Positions 9,430 to 19,168 of a stretch of DNA of 64,000 nucleotides are shown piece after piece. Each line of letters starts with the position of its first letter. Within the stretch, counting starts at the first letter, position 1. A model generated the notes under the pieces. It had not been told where the DNA came from. It did not search any database and was given only the letters and a program-made list of their open reading frames with translations. The position numbers and the translations under genes were made by a program. The DNA is from a virus (Duplodnaviria; Caudoviricetes): positions 7,335 through 71,334 of IMG/VR virus record IMGVR_UViG_3300036796_000048, one strand, 5' to 3'.

Positions 9430-10012
9430 TCCAGGATGTAGGTGTGGTCGCCATAAGAAAGCTAGCAAGACCGGCAAACAATGTGAAGTTATTGATGCCG
9501 ACGGATTGTGCTATGAACCAATATTCAGAGCAAAGTTATGTGCTTGCTATAAACACTATATGAGATGGAAACGAACAGGCAGCTTTGAACGACAAATAGC
9601 AAAACCTGATAATAGTCCTGAAGCATTATCCGCAAGAGCCAAAAATCGTAAACGTGGCAAACAACTTGAGTATGAACGAATGATGTATGCCATCTGTATG
9701 TGTACGCATTCTTTTGTTGAGCACAGCAAAGGTGATGGCAGGATGAGCAAAGATAAACGCGCTCATTGTCTACATCCTGGTTGTGAATGTACAAAGTATG
9801 ACCAAGCAGCTAGAACAGCAATTGAAGAGGTGACTAACAACCTCAAAGCAGTAGGTTTTACACTATACATCAATGATGTAGCTACATGCGTAAAATGCTT
9901 TCAAGTGATCAAGATAGGGAGTTGGTCAGACCCATGGGCCATTAAACGTGCTTTGAACCACAGCAAAAAGGAATGCCCGTCTCTGCATAAGTTATACAGT
10001 ACTGGCACCTAA
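9416..10012 (+). CDS. Cys/His-rich multi-zinc-binding protein
   Basis: CDPGCRCGRH, LCACYKHYMRWKRTG, CMCTH..H, CLHPGCEC, CVKC motifs. Confidence 0.55.
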   Translation: MPKCDPGCRCGRHKKASKTGKQCEVIDADGLCYEPIFRAKLCACYKHYMRWKRTGSFERQIAKPDNSPEALSARAKNRKRGKQLEYERMMYAICMCTHSFVEHSKGDGRMSKDKRAHCLHPGCECTKYDQAARTAIEEVTNNLKAVGFTLYINDVATCVKCFQVIKIGSWSDPWAIKRALNHSKKECPSLHKLYSTGT

Positions 10013-10053
10013 ATGTAGTAGCCTGAACTAACCCGATGGAGTAGACTTACGCT

Positions 10054-10311
10054 ATGGCCGACGACTGGCGCGATCGCATGGAAGATGCGTTTCAAAGCAG
10101 AGAGCCATTTATTGGCCACCCACTTCTACCAATTCCGCTGCGAGAAAATTCTGCTAAGACTGAACGCATAAGCGTGTATGTTGAGCTAGATTTGCTCAAG
10201 TTTTTTGAACAGTACGCAGCCCGTGGCGGGTTTAGGTCAACGTCCGAAGTGGTACGCAGATTAGCAATTCTTGGTGCTACCAAGGAGGGCTATCAATTCC
10301 ATGAGGAGTGA
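10054..10311 (+). CDS. Ribbon-helix-helix DNA-binding protein
   Basis: RISVYVELDLLKFFEQYAARGGFRSTSEVVRRL fits the CopG/NikR RHH pattern. Confidence 0.65.
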   Translation: MADDWRDRMEDAFQSREPFIGHPLLPIPLRENSAKTERISVYVELDLLKFFEQYAARGGFRSTSEVVRRLAILGATKEGYQFHEE

Positions 10312-10727
10312 CCGCAATGAAGTACAAGAGACTTTTGAATATGCCGATAGTTTCGGTATGGACAGTCCGGACAACGTTTGCGAAGATTGCCCTGGGTGGT
10401 CTCGTGGCTGCTGCGTGTTTGAATATGACCCAAGCGAAAGCCGATCCTGACGACGACCCAACTTATGGTAGTCCTGAACAACGGCATGATGCTCTTTTAA
10501 TGTGCCAAGTTCTTGATGCTAGCCCAACAGAATCAACCGTGCTGAAGTTTATACACGGTATGTACTTGGCTAACTTAACAATACCGCAAGCAGTTGATAC
10601 GCTTAAGCTTGGGGTGACTTATTGCCCAGAGTATGCAACACTAGTAAATGGCGCAATACAAGACGCAACAAAAGCTGGTAACCCGCCAGCGGCCAAACAA
10701 CCAGAGAAAGTAGAAACATATGCCTGA
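10308..10727 (+). CDS. Secreted DUF732-like protein
   Basis: Signal peptide ending AKA-DP; MCQVLD...TYCPEY Cys pair typical of mycobacterial DUF732. Confidence 0.55.
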   Translation: MTAMKYKRLLNMPIVSVWTVRTTFAKIALGGLVAAACLNMTQAKADPDDDPTYGSPEQRHDALLMCQVLDASPTESTVLKFIHGMYLANLTIPQAVDTLKLGVTYCPEYATLVNGAIQDATKAGNPPAAKQPEKVETYA

Positions 10728-11112
10728 GTCACTACCAAACATAGCCGAGACTGTACACCAAGAATACGACGGCAAGTGGTATTGGCGTATATTGCGCGAT
10801 GGCTTGCCGCTTGCAGCTAGTGGAGAATTGTATGATACTGAAGTAGAGTGCTTGAGGCACTTCTTTGCCATCTTCTTTGGCAGCTATGATGAGAGCTATG
10901 TTGATCTGTACCGTCGTTGGCAAACGCTGTCTGTTGGCGAGCCAGTACCAGAAAGCTACATACATATTAAAGAGCAGCCAGCACCAGGACCAAAGAGTGA
11001 AGCTGACGGCCCCAATTACGAGTATGATGCGGACGCAAAAGCAGATGCTTTGTTGAAGGCGCGTGAGGAAAGTTTGCAACGCCATCCTGCTACCGGGCAA
11101 TATGATGACTAA
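10720..11112 (+). CDS. Hypothetical protein, DUF1508/YegP-like N-terminal segment
   Basis: GKWYWRI...LAASGELYDTEVEC resembles the DUF1508 consensus. Confidence 0.4.
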   Translation: MPESLPNIAETVHQEYDGKWYWRILRDGLPLAASGELYDTEVECLRHFFAIFFGSYDESYVDLYRRWQTLSVGEPVPESYIHIKEQPAPGPKSEADGPNYEYDADAKADALLKAREESLQRHPATGQYDD

Positions 11113-11329
11113 AGAACAAGCTAAAGCGCGACACCCAGCAGGAAGAATGAGCACGGACCCGATTGTAATAGCACAGAAGTATCTGTGGAGTATTGGTAGG
11201 TGCGGCAGCCGCCAGCCTAATGGCAGCAAGTTATGTAACCAAACAGCCAACCACCAGGGTCGCAACCACGCACAACAGGTGTTCGGCGGTGTAAATGATG
11301 GTGACACTTTGGTGGAATGGCCATGGTAA
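11102..11329 (+). CDS. Hypothetical protein
   Basis: Coupled ORF with a C-x9-C-x4-H-x3-H motif. Confidence 0.5.
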   Translation: MMTKEQAKARHPAGRMSTDPIVIAQKYLWSIGRCGSRQPNGSKLCNQTANHQGRNHAQQVFGGVNDGDTLVEWPW

Positions 11330-11526
11330 TGAAAAAGTTTTGGGAAGGTTTTTGGGCAGGCATGATGGCTGCTAATATCGGGTGGGCCATTGGAATGTTG
11401 GTGCTGATAAAATGGTAGATATACCAGAACACATCATTGAAATGTTTGATAAGTACCCAAACATTCTTGAGTATGGTGAAAACAATAGTGATGGCACTAG
11501 CTGTTTTTATACCAAGGAAATGATCA

Positions 11527-11772
11527 ATGACAGCAGAACTTGATTGGTCACTTGACGACGATGGCACCCAATTTGCAAATGGTGAACATCTAGGTTTTGA
11601 GATAGATCTGGATAATGAACTAGCCGTATTTGAAGACGACAAATGTGTAGCGATACGCAAAGCTGTCGATATAGACCATGCTGAATACTTAGCTAATGCG
11701 TTTGAGCGAACAGCCGCATTTTACAAACAGCTTGAGAGTGAAGGCAAACCACAACCTAGAAGGGTTTGGTGA
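11527..11772 (+). CDS. Hypothetical acidic protein
   Basis: 81-aa ORF with AAGGA RBS in the co-directional array. Confidence 0.55.
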   Translation: MTAELDWSLDDDGTQFANGEHLGFEIDLDNELAVFEDDKCVAIRKAVDIDHAEYLANAFERTAAFYKQLESEGKPQPRRVW

Positions 11773-11773
11773 C

Positions 11774-11914
11774 ATGGGTCTGTTACCGACAATACCAGAT
11801 ATAACAAAAGAAGTAACAATAGCAATGCAACCGATGATGGATGAGCTAACCAAAATCAGGGCGTTGTTGGAAGAGTTGCTTGAGGTACAAAGAAAACAAC
11901 TGGAGTTGGCATGA
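11774..11914 (+). CDS. Small coiled-coil protein
   Basis: MGLLPTIPD...LTKIRALLEELLEVQRKQLE; coupled to neighbours. Confidence 0.5.
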   Translation: MGLLPTIPDITKEVTIAMQPMMDELTKIRALLEELLEVQRKQLELA

Positions 11915-12258
11915 CCATACCTGGTTGCTCTTGTGGCGGCTACATTATGAGTAATGGCCTGTGCGCTTGTGGCTTGCGACCAGACCAGCGACACGTACAC
12001 AGGACTACAAAAACTGACAGCGGACATGTAGTCTGTATGGATTGCCACCAAGCAATCATTGAGCCAATACTTACTAGCGATGACCCGAGATTGTTGCCTG
12101 ACTTTGCGCCGCTACCATTTGATTTAGTTTTGTTATGGCAAGAAGAGAATGCCCCAATAGCACCATATGTTGAGTATATGTCTGCGCTATACCAGCCAAC
12201 CAGTTTAACACATTGGCAAGATATATTCTTGCAACTAAAGGATGTTGTAAGTGCTTGA
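11911..12258 (+). CDS. Cys-rich hypothetical protein
   Basis: CSCGG...CACG...H...CMDCH; ATGA overlap. Confidence 0.55.
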   Translation: MTIPGCSCGGYIMSNGLCACGLRPDQRHVHRTTKTDSGHVVCMDCHQAIIEPILTSDDPRLLPDFAPLPFDLVLLWQEENAPIAPYVEYMSALYQPTSLTHWQDIFLQLKDVVSA

Positions 12259-12934
12259 TATGTTTGTTGATGGCGCGAGTGTAGCCAGTACATACCCGTT
12301 GTATTGGCTAACAAGTCGCATCGGTATTGCGCTTGTTAAGCGATGGCCGCTTAAGCCTGTGGCCGAAGAATTTAGAGTGCTTGAAGTTGAACCAGACCAA
12401 GATAATTTACAGAAGCTCATTGCCGAAGCTGTAGCTAAGCAACGCATACAAGACCAAGTTGACGAGATTGCGAATGAAAACCGCAAATTGGAGGCAGAGG
12501 TTAAGCGCAAGCGTGATGAGTATGTCCATGAGATGGACAAATTTCGTGGGCGCGGCGGCGACACGTTGGTTGAGGCACCAGACGGCACTACAATCAGAGT
12601 GGATGATTTACAGAGACTTACGCCCGAATATGAAGCATATTTACAGAAGCGGCGGGTGGAGCGTGACAGACGACGAATGGGTTGGTCTGGGACGAAAGCA
12701 GTTGCGATATTTAGCAGGACATTCGCGCAATGGCAACTGGAACATGAAGTAGCAGAGAAGCCATATAGACTACAAAATGTTGTTACCTTAGATGGTGTAC
12801 ACCCAAGCCCTACCAGCATTACACGCCACATAGTTACATCTGGCGATGGTTGGTCTGGCACTAGCATTACAGGTGATGCTATGGGTACTACACGAAGTGA
12901 ATACCTAGCAAGAAAGTATAGGATACCAACATGA
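12251..12934 (+). CDS. Hypothetical coiled-coil protein
   Basis: 227-aa ORF coupled to both neighbours. Confidence 0.65.
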   Translation: MLDMFVDGASVASTYPLYWLTSRIGIALVKRWPLKPVAEEFRVLEVEPDQDNLQKLIAEAVAKQRIQDQVDEIANENRKLEAEVKRKRDEYVHEMDKFRGRGGDTLVEAPDGTTIRVDDLQRLTPEYEAYLQKRRVERDRRRMGWSGTKAVAIFSRTFAQWQLEHEVAEKPYRLQNVVTLDGVHPSPTSITRHIVTSGDGWSGTSITGDAMGTTRSEYLARKYRIPT

Positions 12935-13203
12935 GCAAAGAGCATTACAAAGATTCTGTTGTACATATAGCGTTTCCAGTGCTAGCACACCCACCAAAGA
13001 GCAAGGATGAGCAACCAGTACGTATTCAATATGGACCAGGCAGGAGAAGGCAACGTGTGAATGGTATTCACAGATCGGCCAAGCATGGGCGTAACAGGAG
13101 GCTACAACAAGCGCAGGGATTTGCACTACGCAGAGTCACTTTTGGGTATGCTGACCCAACGAAACTTAGGCGCGTGCGACCCAAAGAAGCAGTGGGAGAT
13201 TGA
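12931..13203 (+). CDS. Basic hypothetical protein
   Basis: ATGA overlap; Arg-rich. Confidence 0.5.
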   Translation: MSKEHYKDSVVHIAFPVLAHPPKSKDEQPVRIQYGPGRRRQRVNGIHRSAKHGRNRRLQQAQGFALRRVTFGYADPTKLRRVRPKEAVGD

Positions 13204-13233
13204 TGAACATTTTGTAAGCAATGTAGTAACCAA

Positions 13234-13902
13234 ATGGGCAAAGGAGCGTTATCTGTGAATGAACACTCTATTGAATTGCCCGGTCTTGAGCTCAAACCAG
13301 GTGATGTGCTGTATTTTTATGCCTGTGGCGATGAAGTCAAGACACGCGTCAACGACGAGCCTATGCGCTACTACCGGCGCAAAGCATCAAGTAGTAAAGT
13401 TTTTGTTGAAGTAGTGGAAGGATCTGTAATGGATGTAGTGGATAAGAATGAACCATTTGACCAGACTGAGTTTGCGATACAACTAAATAGTTATGCACAA
13501 TCTGTACACCGTTGCGCAGTTGATCATGGTTGGTGGGGTGGAGGCCCAGACTTGCCTATGGGCTTGATTGACCGCAACATGGGTGAGATGATAGCACTTA
13601 TGCATTCTGAGCTATCTGAAGCGCTGGAAGAATATCGTGATAACAAACCATACCTGTACTATGTCTGTGATCCACCACTTAACAGCGGATACACTGGTAT
13701 ACAGACTTGGGAAGGACCACCCAATTTATCTGGTACAGACTTACTTGGTAAACCAGAAGGTTTAGCTGCTGAGTTTGCTGATGTAATAATCAGGATCCTG
13801 GATACATGTGCGAAAATGGATATACCTATTACAGAAGCGTTGCTACGCAAGCACGAATACAATTTAACACGCCCATACCGACACGGAGGAAAGTTAGCAT
13901 GA
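13234..13902 (+). CDS. MazG-like nucleotide pyrophosphohydrolase
   Basis: IALMHSELSEALEEYR and AAEFADVIIRILD (ExxE...ExxD) motifs. Start uncertain. Confidence 0.78.
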   Translation: MGKGALSVNEHSIELPGLELKPGDVLYFYACGDEVKTRVNDEPMRYYRRKASSSKVFVEVVEGSVMDVVDKNEPFDQTEFAIQLNSYAQSVHRCAVDHGWWGGGPDLPMGLIDRNMGEMIALMHSELSEALEEYRDNKPYLYYVCDPPLNSGYTGIQTWEGPPNLSGTDLLGKPEGLAAEFADVIIRILDTCAKMDIPITEALLRKHEYNLTRPYRHGGKLA

Positions 13903-14303
13903 GTGGCGAAATCAATGAAGACAATGACTTTGGACAACCAGGCAAACACGAAGAGCAAGAAGATTACAAACTGGTTGTACTACAAGCAGGTGAAGTTGAT
14001 GGCGATAAAGCATTTCGTGCCGTGGCAGCTGCTTGGAATTTGAAGACTGGCACATCACGTGCATTTCAACCGGGTGAAGTAGCAGCTGACTTCGATGATT
14101 ACATCAATGAGGTGCGTACAGATATGCAATCGTTGTGGCAGGGCACCACTATTGAGCTGATGGAGAAGCGTCAATCAGGCGAAACTGCGAGCCAAAACTA
14201 CATGGATGTGATGACTAGCTTGACAGATTTGCCGGTCGAAGTTGTACATAACATGATGGCGAATATGCTACTTGCCAGCGTCGATGAATTAAGTGATAAG
14301 TAA
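13899..14303 (+). CDS. Hypothetical protein
   Basis: GGAGG RBS, ATGA overlap, acidic. Confidence 0.6.
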   Translation: MSGEINEDNDFGQPGKHEEQEDYKLVVLQAGEVDGDKAFRAVAAAWNLKTGTSRAFQPGEVAADFDDYINEVRTDMQSLWQGTTIELMEKRQSGETASQNYMDVMTSLTDLPVEVVHNMMANMLLASVDELSDK

Positions 14304-14411
14304 AACAAACACGCCGTAATAGCCTATAATTAAAGGCTAGACTTAAAATGTAGGTCTGGTAAAATAACAACCTAACACCGACCTTGGCCGGTTGCTGAAT
14401 ATGGGGGCCTT

Positions 14412-17063
14412 ATGCCCAATGCCAACGATGGCACTGACGCATTTAGTTACACATGGAAGTATCGTGAATCTGGTTGGCTCGGCACCATACCAATTCCTGA
14501 TCGTAAAAAGCATCCACCACCTACAGGGTTCACTGGTAGAGCAGCACCATATCCATCAGATAAGCAAATAACAAATTGGTTAACAACTGGACCACATAAC
14601 ATAGCATTGCGCTTGGGCGATGTACCTGGATATGTACCACCAGGTGAACAGCCACGTGGTTGGGAACTAATCGGAATTGATGTAGACAATTACAAAGAGA
14701 AAAATGGTGCTGAACAACTGCGAGAACTGGAACAAAGATTTGGAGATTTGCCAGCGACGCTTTGTAGCAGTAGTCGATGGCAAACTGATAGTGGTTCGTA
14801 CACCGCCATGTACTCTGTGCCCGCAGGTTACAGGTTTATAGGTAAAGCAGCTAAGTGCATAGACATAATACAGAAAGCGCATCGCTACACACTCGTGTGG
14901 CCGAGTGTCAACCCTGATGCCGATTATGAGTTATACCGATGGCGGCTACCTAACGGCTTAATACTACCATCTAGTGAGCACGAACCTGAACGCGGCGGAA
15001 TACCCGTTCTAGATGACGTGAGCGTATTACCGTTCGCGTGGTTCGACTATTTGAATATTGGTATTGAGTCTGATGACCCAATAGCTGATATGACTGCTGA
15101 TGAGTTATTTGAGTGGGCCAGAGATACATTCGTTGATATCAATGATATGTGTACCGGTATGAGCAATCTGCTTGAAAAGAAACTAGCAGAGCTTGATGCT
15201 AGCGCTGAGAGCCACCCATTACTTACCAGTGCGCATTGGGCTATATCACGTAAGGCAGCAGAAGGACATTCTGGCTGGTGGAAAGCGATAAATGTATACA
15301 GCAAGGCGTGGCGCAAACACGCAGGTGAAGAACGTGATGCCATACCACCACCTGCTGAGATACAGCGCAGTCTGATTGGTGCGTTGAGCAAGATACAGCC
15401 AGGTTGGGAAGCTGTTGGCGGGATTCTGGCAAGTGATACATGCGCTAATGGTGATAATGTTGTTGACGTTGATGCGTGGGCACCTGTCATTGATGAAGAT
15501 GGTAGCATAGCTGCGCTTGATTATTCTGGTCTGGGACATATCATTGGACCAATGGATAAGCAGGATACAGAGCCTGGCAAATACGATATGAATGATCGTG
15601 GTAATGGCAGGCATCTGGTTGACATATACACTGACAATATAAAGTATGTAAGCAGCAGAAGCTCTTGGGTGCTGTGGAGTAATGGTCGTTGGTATCGTGA
15701 TAGTAATGATGCTGAGATAAATAAAGCATTTGAGGTTGTGGCACGTAGACAACGCGCTTACTCGTACACGATCGATGATGAGAAACTACAAGCAGTCTGG
15801 AAACGCTGGGCAATTAGAAATGGTAATGCCAGCCAAGTAAAGAATGCATTGACTATGGCACGCTGTGAATATGTAGATGATGATGAACCTGTACGCTTAT
15901 CTGGTAATGAATTTGATAACAACCCAATGCTGCTTGGTTGCGCCAATGGTATATTGAATCTGGCAACGATGGAGCTAGCACCGCCACGCAAGCAGGACTA
16001 TGTAACATACAATACCAATGTGCCATACATACCTTGGGACAGTGATTTGGTACATGAAGGTGACCTGACAGAAAGCTACCAACTCTGGATGAACTACCTT
16101 GAGACGTTTCAACCAGATGAAGAAATGCGGTTGTTTATACAGAAAGTCATGGGACATCTGCTGGTTGGAGCAAACCCAGAGAAGCTGCTGATATTTCTGT
16201 ATGGTGAACATGATACTGGCAAAAGCACGATGCTTGGGGCATTGCGTGGTGCATTGGGCGACTACTATGGAACTGTAGATGTAGGTCTGTTTAATAGAAA
16301 AGAACTGAACCCAGCACTGGTACGTGCTGTACCATTACGTGTTACTGGTATGTCTGAGATTGATAATAACAGTATGGATGCTGCGACAATCAAGCGTCTG
16401 ACTGGTAATGATGAAGTACAAGCAGAAGTGAAATACAGTAATGAGATCTTTGTTGGACGTCCTCAATTTACGACTTTGATAGCGTGTAATACTGAACCAG
16501 AGATACGCAACCCAGACGATGCCACGCGTGAACGTGTATTGATATTGCCATTTGAAACACCCATAGCAAGCAACCAGAATGACTATGGGGCGCAGACTGC
16601 CATTGAGCAGCATAGTGGTATTGCTGTACTTGCTTGGTTGGTTGAAGGCTGGAAAATGTACCAACAAGATGGTTTGCGTCGCAAGTATTGGCCTGAACGT
16701 GTAAAGCAATTATGTGGTGATGTTGTTAGCCATTTCAATGCTACCCAGACGTTTTTACATGAGACATTTGAGAGATATACAGATTGTACAGATGGTGCTC
16801 GTGCGTTTGAGAAAGCACGCAAACGTGCTGCTGCCAAGGGTAGAGCATACCCGAAACTGGTTGAATGGAATCCTGATTGGGTGTTGCCAGCCTTTGAAGT
16901 GTTTGAATTGTATACCAGATGGTGTACTACAAATGGCATACACCACCCATTGACACACCCACAACTGACAAAAGAGATTGGTGTAGGCAGGCCACAAACC
17001 AAGACTATTGATGGGAAATCAGTGCGATGCTATGTGGGATTGCGCAGGAAAGATCTTGATTAG
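14412..17063 (+). CDS. Bifunctional primase-polymerase fused to a D5-like SF3 helicase
   Basis: N-terminal prim-pol (K.HPPPTGF, IGIDVD, HRYTLVWPS), D5_N region (LGCANGILNL) and Walker A YGEHDTGKST. Confidence 0.9.
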   Translation: MPNANDGTDAFSYTWKYRESGWLGTIPIPDRKKHPPPTGFTGRAAPYPSDKQITNWLTTGPHNIALRLGDVPGYVPPGEQPRGWELIGIDVDNYKEKNGAEQLRELEQRFGDLPATLCSSSRWQTDSGSYTAMYSVPAGYRFIGKAAKCIDIIQKAHRYTLVWPSVNPDADYELYRWRLPNGLILPSSEHEPERGGIPVLDDVSVLPFAWFDYLNIGIESDDPIADMTADELFEWARDTFVDINDMCTGMSNLLEKKLAELDASAESHPLLTSAHWAISRKAAEGHSGWWKAINVYSKAWRKHAGEERDAIPPPAEIQRSLIGALSKIQPGWEAVGGILASDTCANGDNVVDVDAWAPVIDEDGSIAALDYSGLGHIIGPMDKQDTEPGKYDMNDRGNGRHLVDIYTDNIKYVSSRSSWVLWSNGRWYRDSNDAEINKAFEVVARRQRAYSYTIDDEKLQAVWKRWAIRNGNASQVKNALTMARCEYVDDDEPVRLSGNEFDNNPMLLGCANGILNLATMELAPPRKQDYVTYNTNVPYIPWDSDLVHEGDLTESYQLWMNYLETFQPDEEMRLFIQKVMGHLLVGANPEKLLIFLYGEHDTGKSTMLGALRGALGDYYGTVDVGLFNRKELNPALVRAVPLRVTGMSEIDNNSMDAATIKRLTGNDEVQAEVKYSNEIFVGRPQFTTLIACNTEPEIRNPDDATRERVLILPFETPIASNQNDYGAQTAIEQHSGIAVLAWLVEGWKMYQQDGLRRKYWPERVKQLCGDVVSHFNATQTFLHETFERYTDCTDGARAFEKARKRAAAKGRAYPKLVEWNPDWVLPAFEVFELYTRWCTTNGIHHPLTHPQLTKEIGVGRPQTKTIDGKSVRCYVGLRRKDLD

Positions 17064-17119
17064 CAAGTATTTGTTGCTATGTTGCAACGTATTTGCTTGG
17101 TGCTTAATTAACTATGGCG

Positions 17120-17362
17120 TAAAGAATTACCACGATTTTGGGCCAATTACCACACTTGGTAAGCCGTCTACCAGGTGAAATGGGCTAAAATTACCAATTA
17201 CCACGTTACCACGTGTACAGCTCCTTATAGTGTGTTAGGTAACGAGACGAGTCTGAGGCGAGGTGGAGGTTACGATGATCGCGTAGCGAATAATGACGTG
17301 GTAATTGGTAATTGGTAATTTTACCTGGTAGGAGGATTATTAGTGGTAATTATTGGTAATAG
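17120..17362. repeat. Symmetric TTACCA(C) iteron array, putative replication origin
   Basis: TTACCA copies on the left and TGGTAA copies on the right. Perfect 18-bp inverted repeat at 17189-17206 and 17296-17313. Directly downstream of the primase-helicase. Confidence 0.65.
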
Positions 17363-17405
17363 AAAAGCTAGGACCAGGCAGTTTGAAAAGTTACCATGCT
17401 CTGGT

Positions 17406-17907
17406 GTGGTAGTTGATGCCAAGTACTAGCACTCATTGCGCTTGCTATCAGCCCACGCACGCGTGGCGTTCGTTCACATCGGTCATTTACGCGCGTAGGC
17501 GCGCCAGACTCGCGTGGCGTAGGGTTGCGCTATGCCTGGTGGATACGCGAACCCATTCCAATACCATCGCGACATTGGTCGATCAAAGTGGGAATCTGAG
17601 TTCGGCTTTGGTGAAGGTATGTTCCCAAATCCGGTCATTGACTTCAGCGCTGGCGGGTCGCTGTCACGCATCCCAATCGCAGATCCAGATACCAATGCTC
17701 AGCTGTTGCGTTTGGTCGCAGGTAAGCGTACAGATACGGCCAACCCAAATCAACCAGATCCATTCTCGCCATATGTATGTGGCAACCCAGACAGGTATGG
17801 CGCTCAACCACCTCTCGTGCGCAATCGGCGTGCGCCCAGGCCAGGCAAGCGTTGTGTGCCCAAACCGAGTCGCATGGAACGGGAGTGGTAGTTGATGCCA
17901 AGTACTA
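17406..17907 (+). repeat. 23-bp direct repeat pair GTGGTAGTTGATGCCAAGTACTA
   Basis: Identical copies at 17406-17428 and 17885-17907. Confidence 0.9.
17532..17891 (+). CDS. Hypothetical protein flanked by the 23-bp direct repeats
   Basis: 119-aa Pro/Gly/Arg-rich ORF; its stop codon lies inside the second repeat. Confidence 0.55.
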   Translation: MPGGYANPFQYHRDIGRSKWESEFGFGEGMFPNPVIDFSAGGSLSRIPIADPDTNAQLLRLVAGKRTDTANPNQPDPFSPYVCGNPDRYGAQPPLVRNRRAPRPGKRCVPKPSRMEREW

Positions 17908-17996
17908 ACATATTCAACTGTATCTTCTGTGGGCGCAAACTGTTTGGACATTGGGTATGTGCTAGTTGTTCTGCTCATGATTGTGGTGGTGAGTGA
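17895..17996 (+). CDS. 33-aa zinc-ribbon micro-protein
   Basis: Manual translation MPSTNIFNCIFCGRKLFGHWVCASCSAHDCGGE; TGATG coupling to next gene. Confidence 0.5.
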   Translation: MPSTNIFNCIFCGRKLFGHWVCASCSAHDCGGE

Positions 17997-18301
17997 TGTC
18001 TTACTTTTGGACAGATAAGCGCATGATACATTATCACCCAGACCATCCGCTAGCAAAAAGTGCTAACCCAAATTTCATGTCGCCAGTAAGTTCATTGCCA
18101 AAGCCAGACATAGCAGGTACACGCGCAATTACAGAAATGGATTTGCGGCCACTTACGGCTACACCAAGTGAACAGCATGATTGTGCGCTCAAAGACATGA
18201 CTGCTACACCAGGCACCATGTATACGTGTGGTATGTGCGGAGCAATGTGGGTGGCCATAGGCACAAGCAAGCGAATCAAGTGGAGGCGCAGATATGGTTA
18301 G
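17996..18301 (+). CDS. Hypothetical protein (H-x-C...CxxC)
   Basis: Coupled ORF; QHDC...YTCGMCGAMW. Confidence 0.55.
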   Translation: MSYFWTDKRMIHYHPDHPLAKSANPNFMSPVSSLPKPDIAGTRAITEMDLRPLTATPSEQHDCALKDMTATPGTMYTCGMCGAMWVAIGTSKRIKWRRRYG

Positions 18302-18518
18302 GTTTGATAAAGCCGTACATGATGGATATTGGTGGTCTGGCCAAGGCGATGTATATGTAGACTCAGATAGTGTCGAGTCTGTACAAGCCATATACAAACG
18401 CACACCAGGCGGCAATGATTCGTTCGCATACACATTGATCACAACTAAGTCTGGTAAAGAACATCATGTTATGGGTGGACCAGAGAAGGTCATTGAAATG
18501 TTGTGGCACAATGGGTGA
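18294..18518 (+). CDS. Hypothetical protein
   Basis: GGAGG RBS; coupled. Confidence 0.55.
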   Translation: MVRFDKAVHDGYWWSGQGDVYVDSDSVESVQAIYKRTPGGNDSFAYTLITTKSGKEHHVMGGPEKVIEMLWHNG

Positions 18519-18741
18519 CAAAAGCATTATCGGACCAAAGCGTGCCAGCCAACATCCAAATGCGGCACGTGTTAGCGCTGCTAATCTGAGTTTGATGGCA
18601 AAGCGTCTTGGGCGTTGCGGTGACATAAACCCGATCACGGGTTTGGTATGTGTTGTACAGCCGCATGACTATCCTGCGCAATCGCATATGGCAGTCCAGA
18701 TCGGTGGACCAAACGACGGGTTTGTATATGGCGAATGGTAA
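18511..18741 (+). CDS. Hypothetical protein (C..C..H..H)
   Basis: RCGDINPITGLVCVVQPHDYPAQSH. Confidence 0.5.
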   Translation: MGDKSIIGPKRASQHPNAARVSAANLSLMAKRLGRCGDINPITGLVCVVQPHDYPAQSHMAVQIGGPNDGFVYGEW

Positions 18742-18819
18742 ATGTACACGCAAGCAGCCATTTGGTTGGTTCTGTCGCAGAGAATACCACGAAGATGGTC
18801 CATGCGCATCGTTGCCTAA

Positions 18820-19017
18820 ATGGTGGAATCTCAAATGGTTAAGGTACAGATTCAAGTGAATCAGAACGCTGCGCCAGTTGAGTGCATAGAGCAAACCGAC
18901 ATTGATATGCTACGTCGCATTGAACGCTTGATCGCAAATTCGATGCCGAACGAGTCAATTCGTGTAGGTGGTCTAGCTGCCAAACTTGGTCGCATACGCA
19001 AAATGGGACCAAAGTGA
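18820..19017 (+). CDS. Hypothetical protein
   Basis: 65-aa ORF in a co-directional array. Confidence 0.45.
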   Translation: MVESQMVKVQIQVNQNAAPVECIEQTDIDMLRRIERLIANSMPNESIRVGGLAAKLGRIRKMGPK

Positions 19018-19168
19018 AAGTGTGGGCATGCGCAAACTGCTCAGGTAAAGATGGTATATTCGTTGCTTTACGCACATTGGAGGGCAAATCTGAAATGGTA
19101 AAGCACCAGGAGGATAAACACCCAATGGCACTTCGGCATGCCACTTATACGACCGATTGGCCAGACTC

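Noticed and set aside
1-14303. 2-aminoadenine (Z-genome) pathway
   Set aside because: A MazG-like gene is present, but no PurZ or HD-family dATPase is visible in the window.
17120-17362. CRISPR array
   Set aside because: Repeat units are 6-9 bp, irregularly spaced and inverted; no cas genes.
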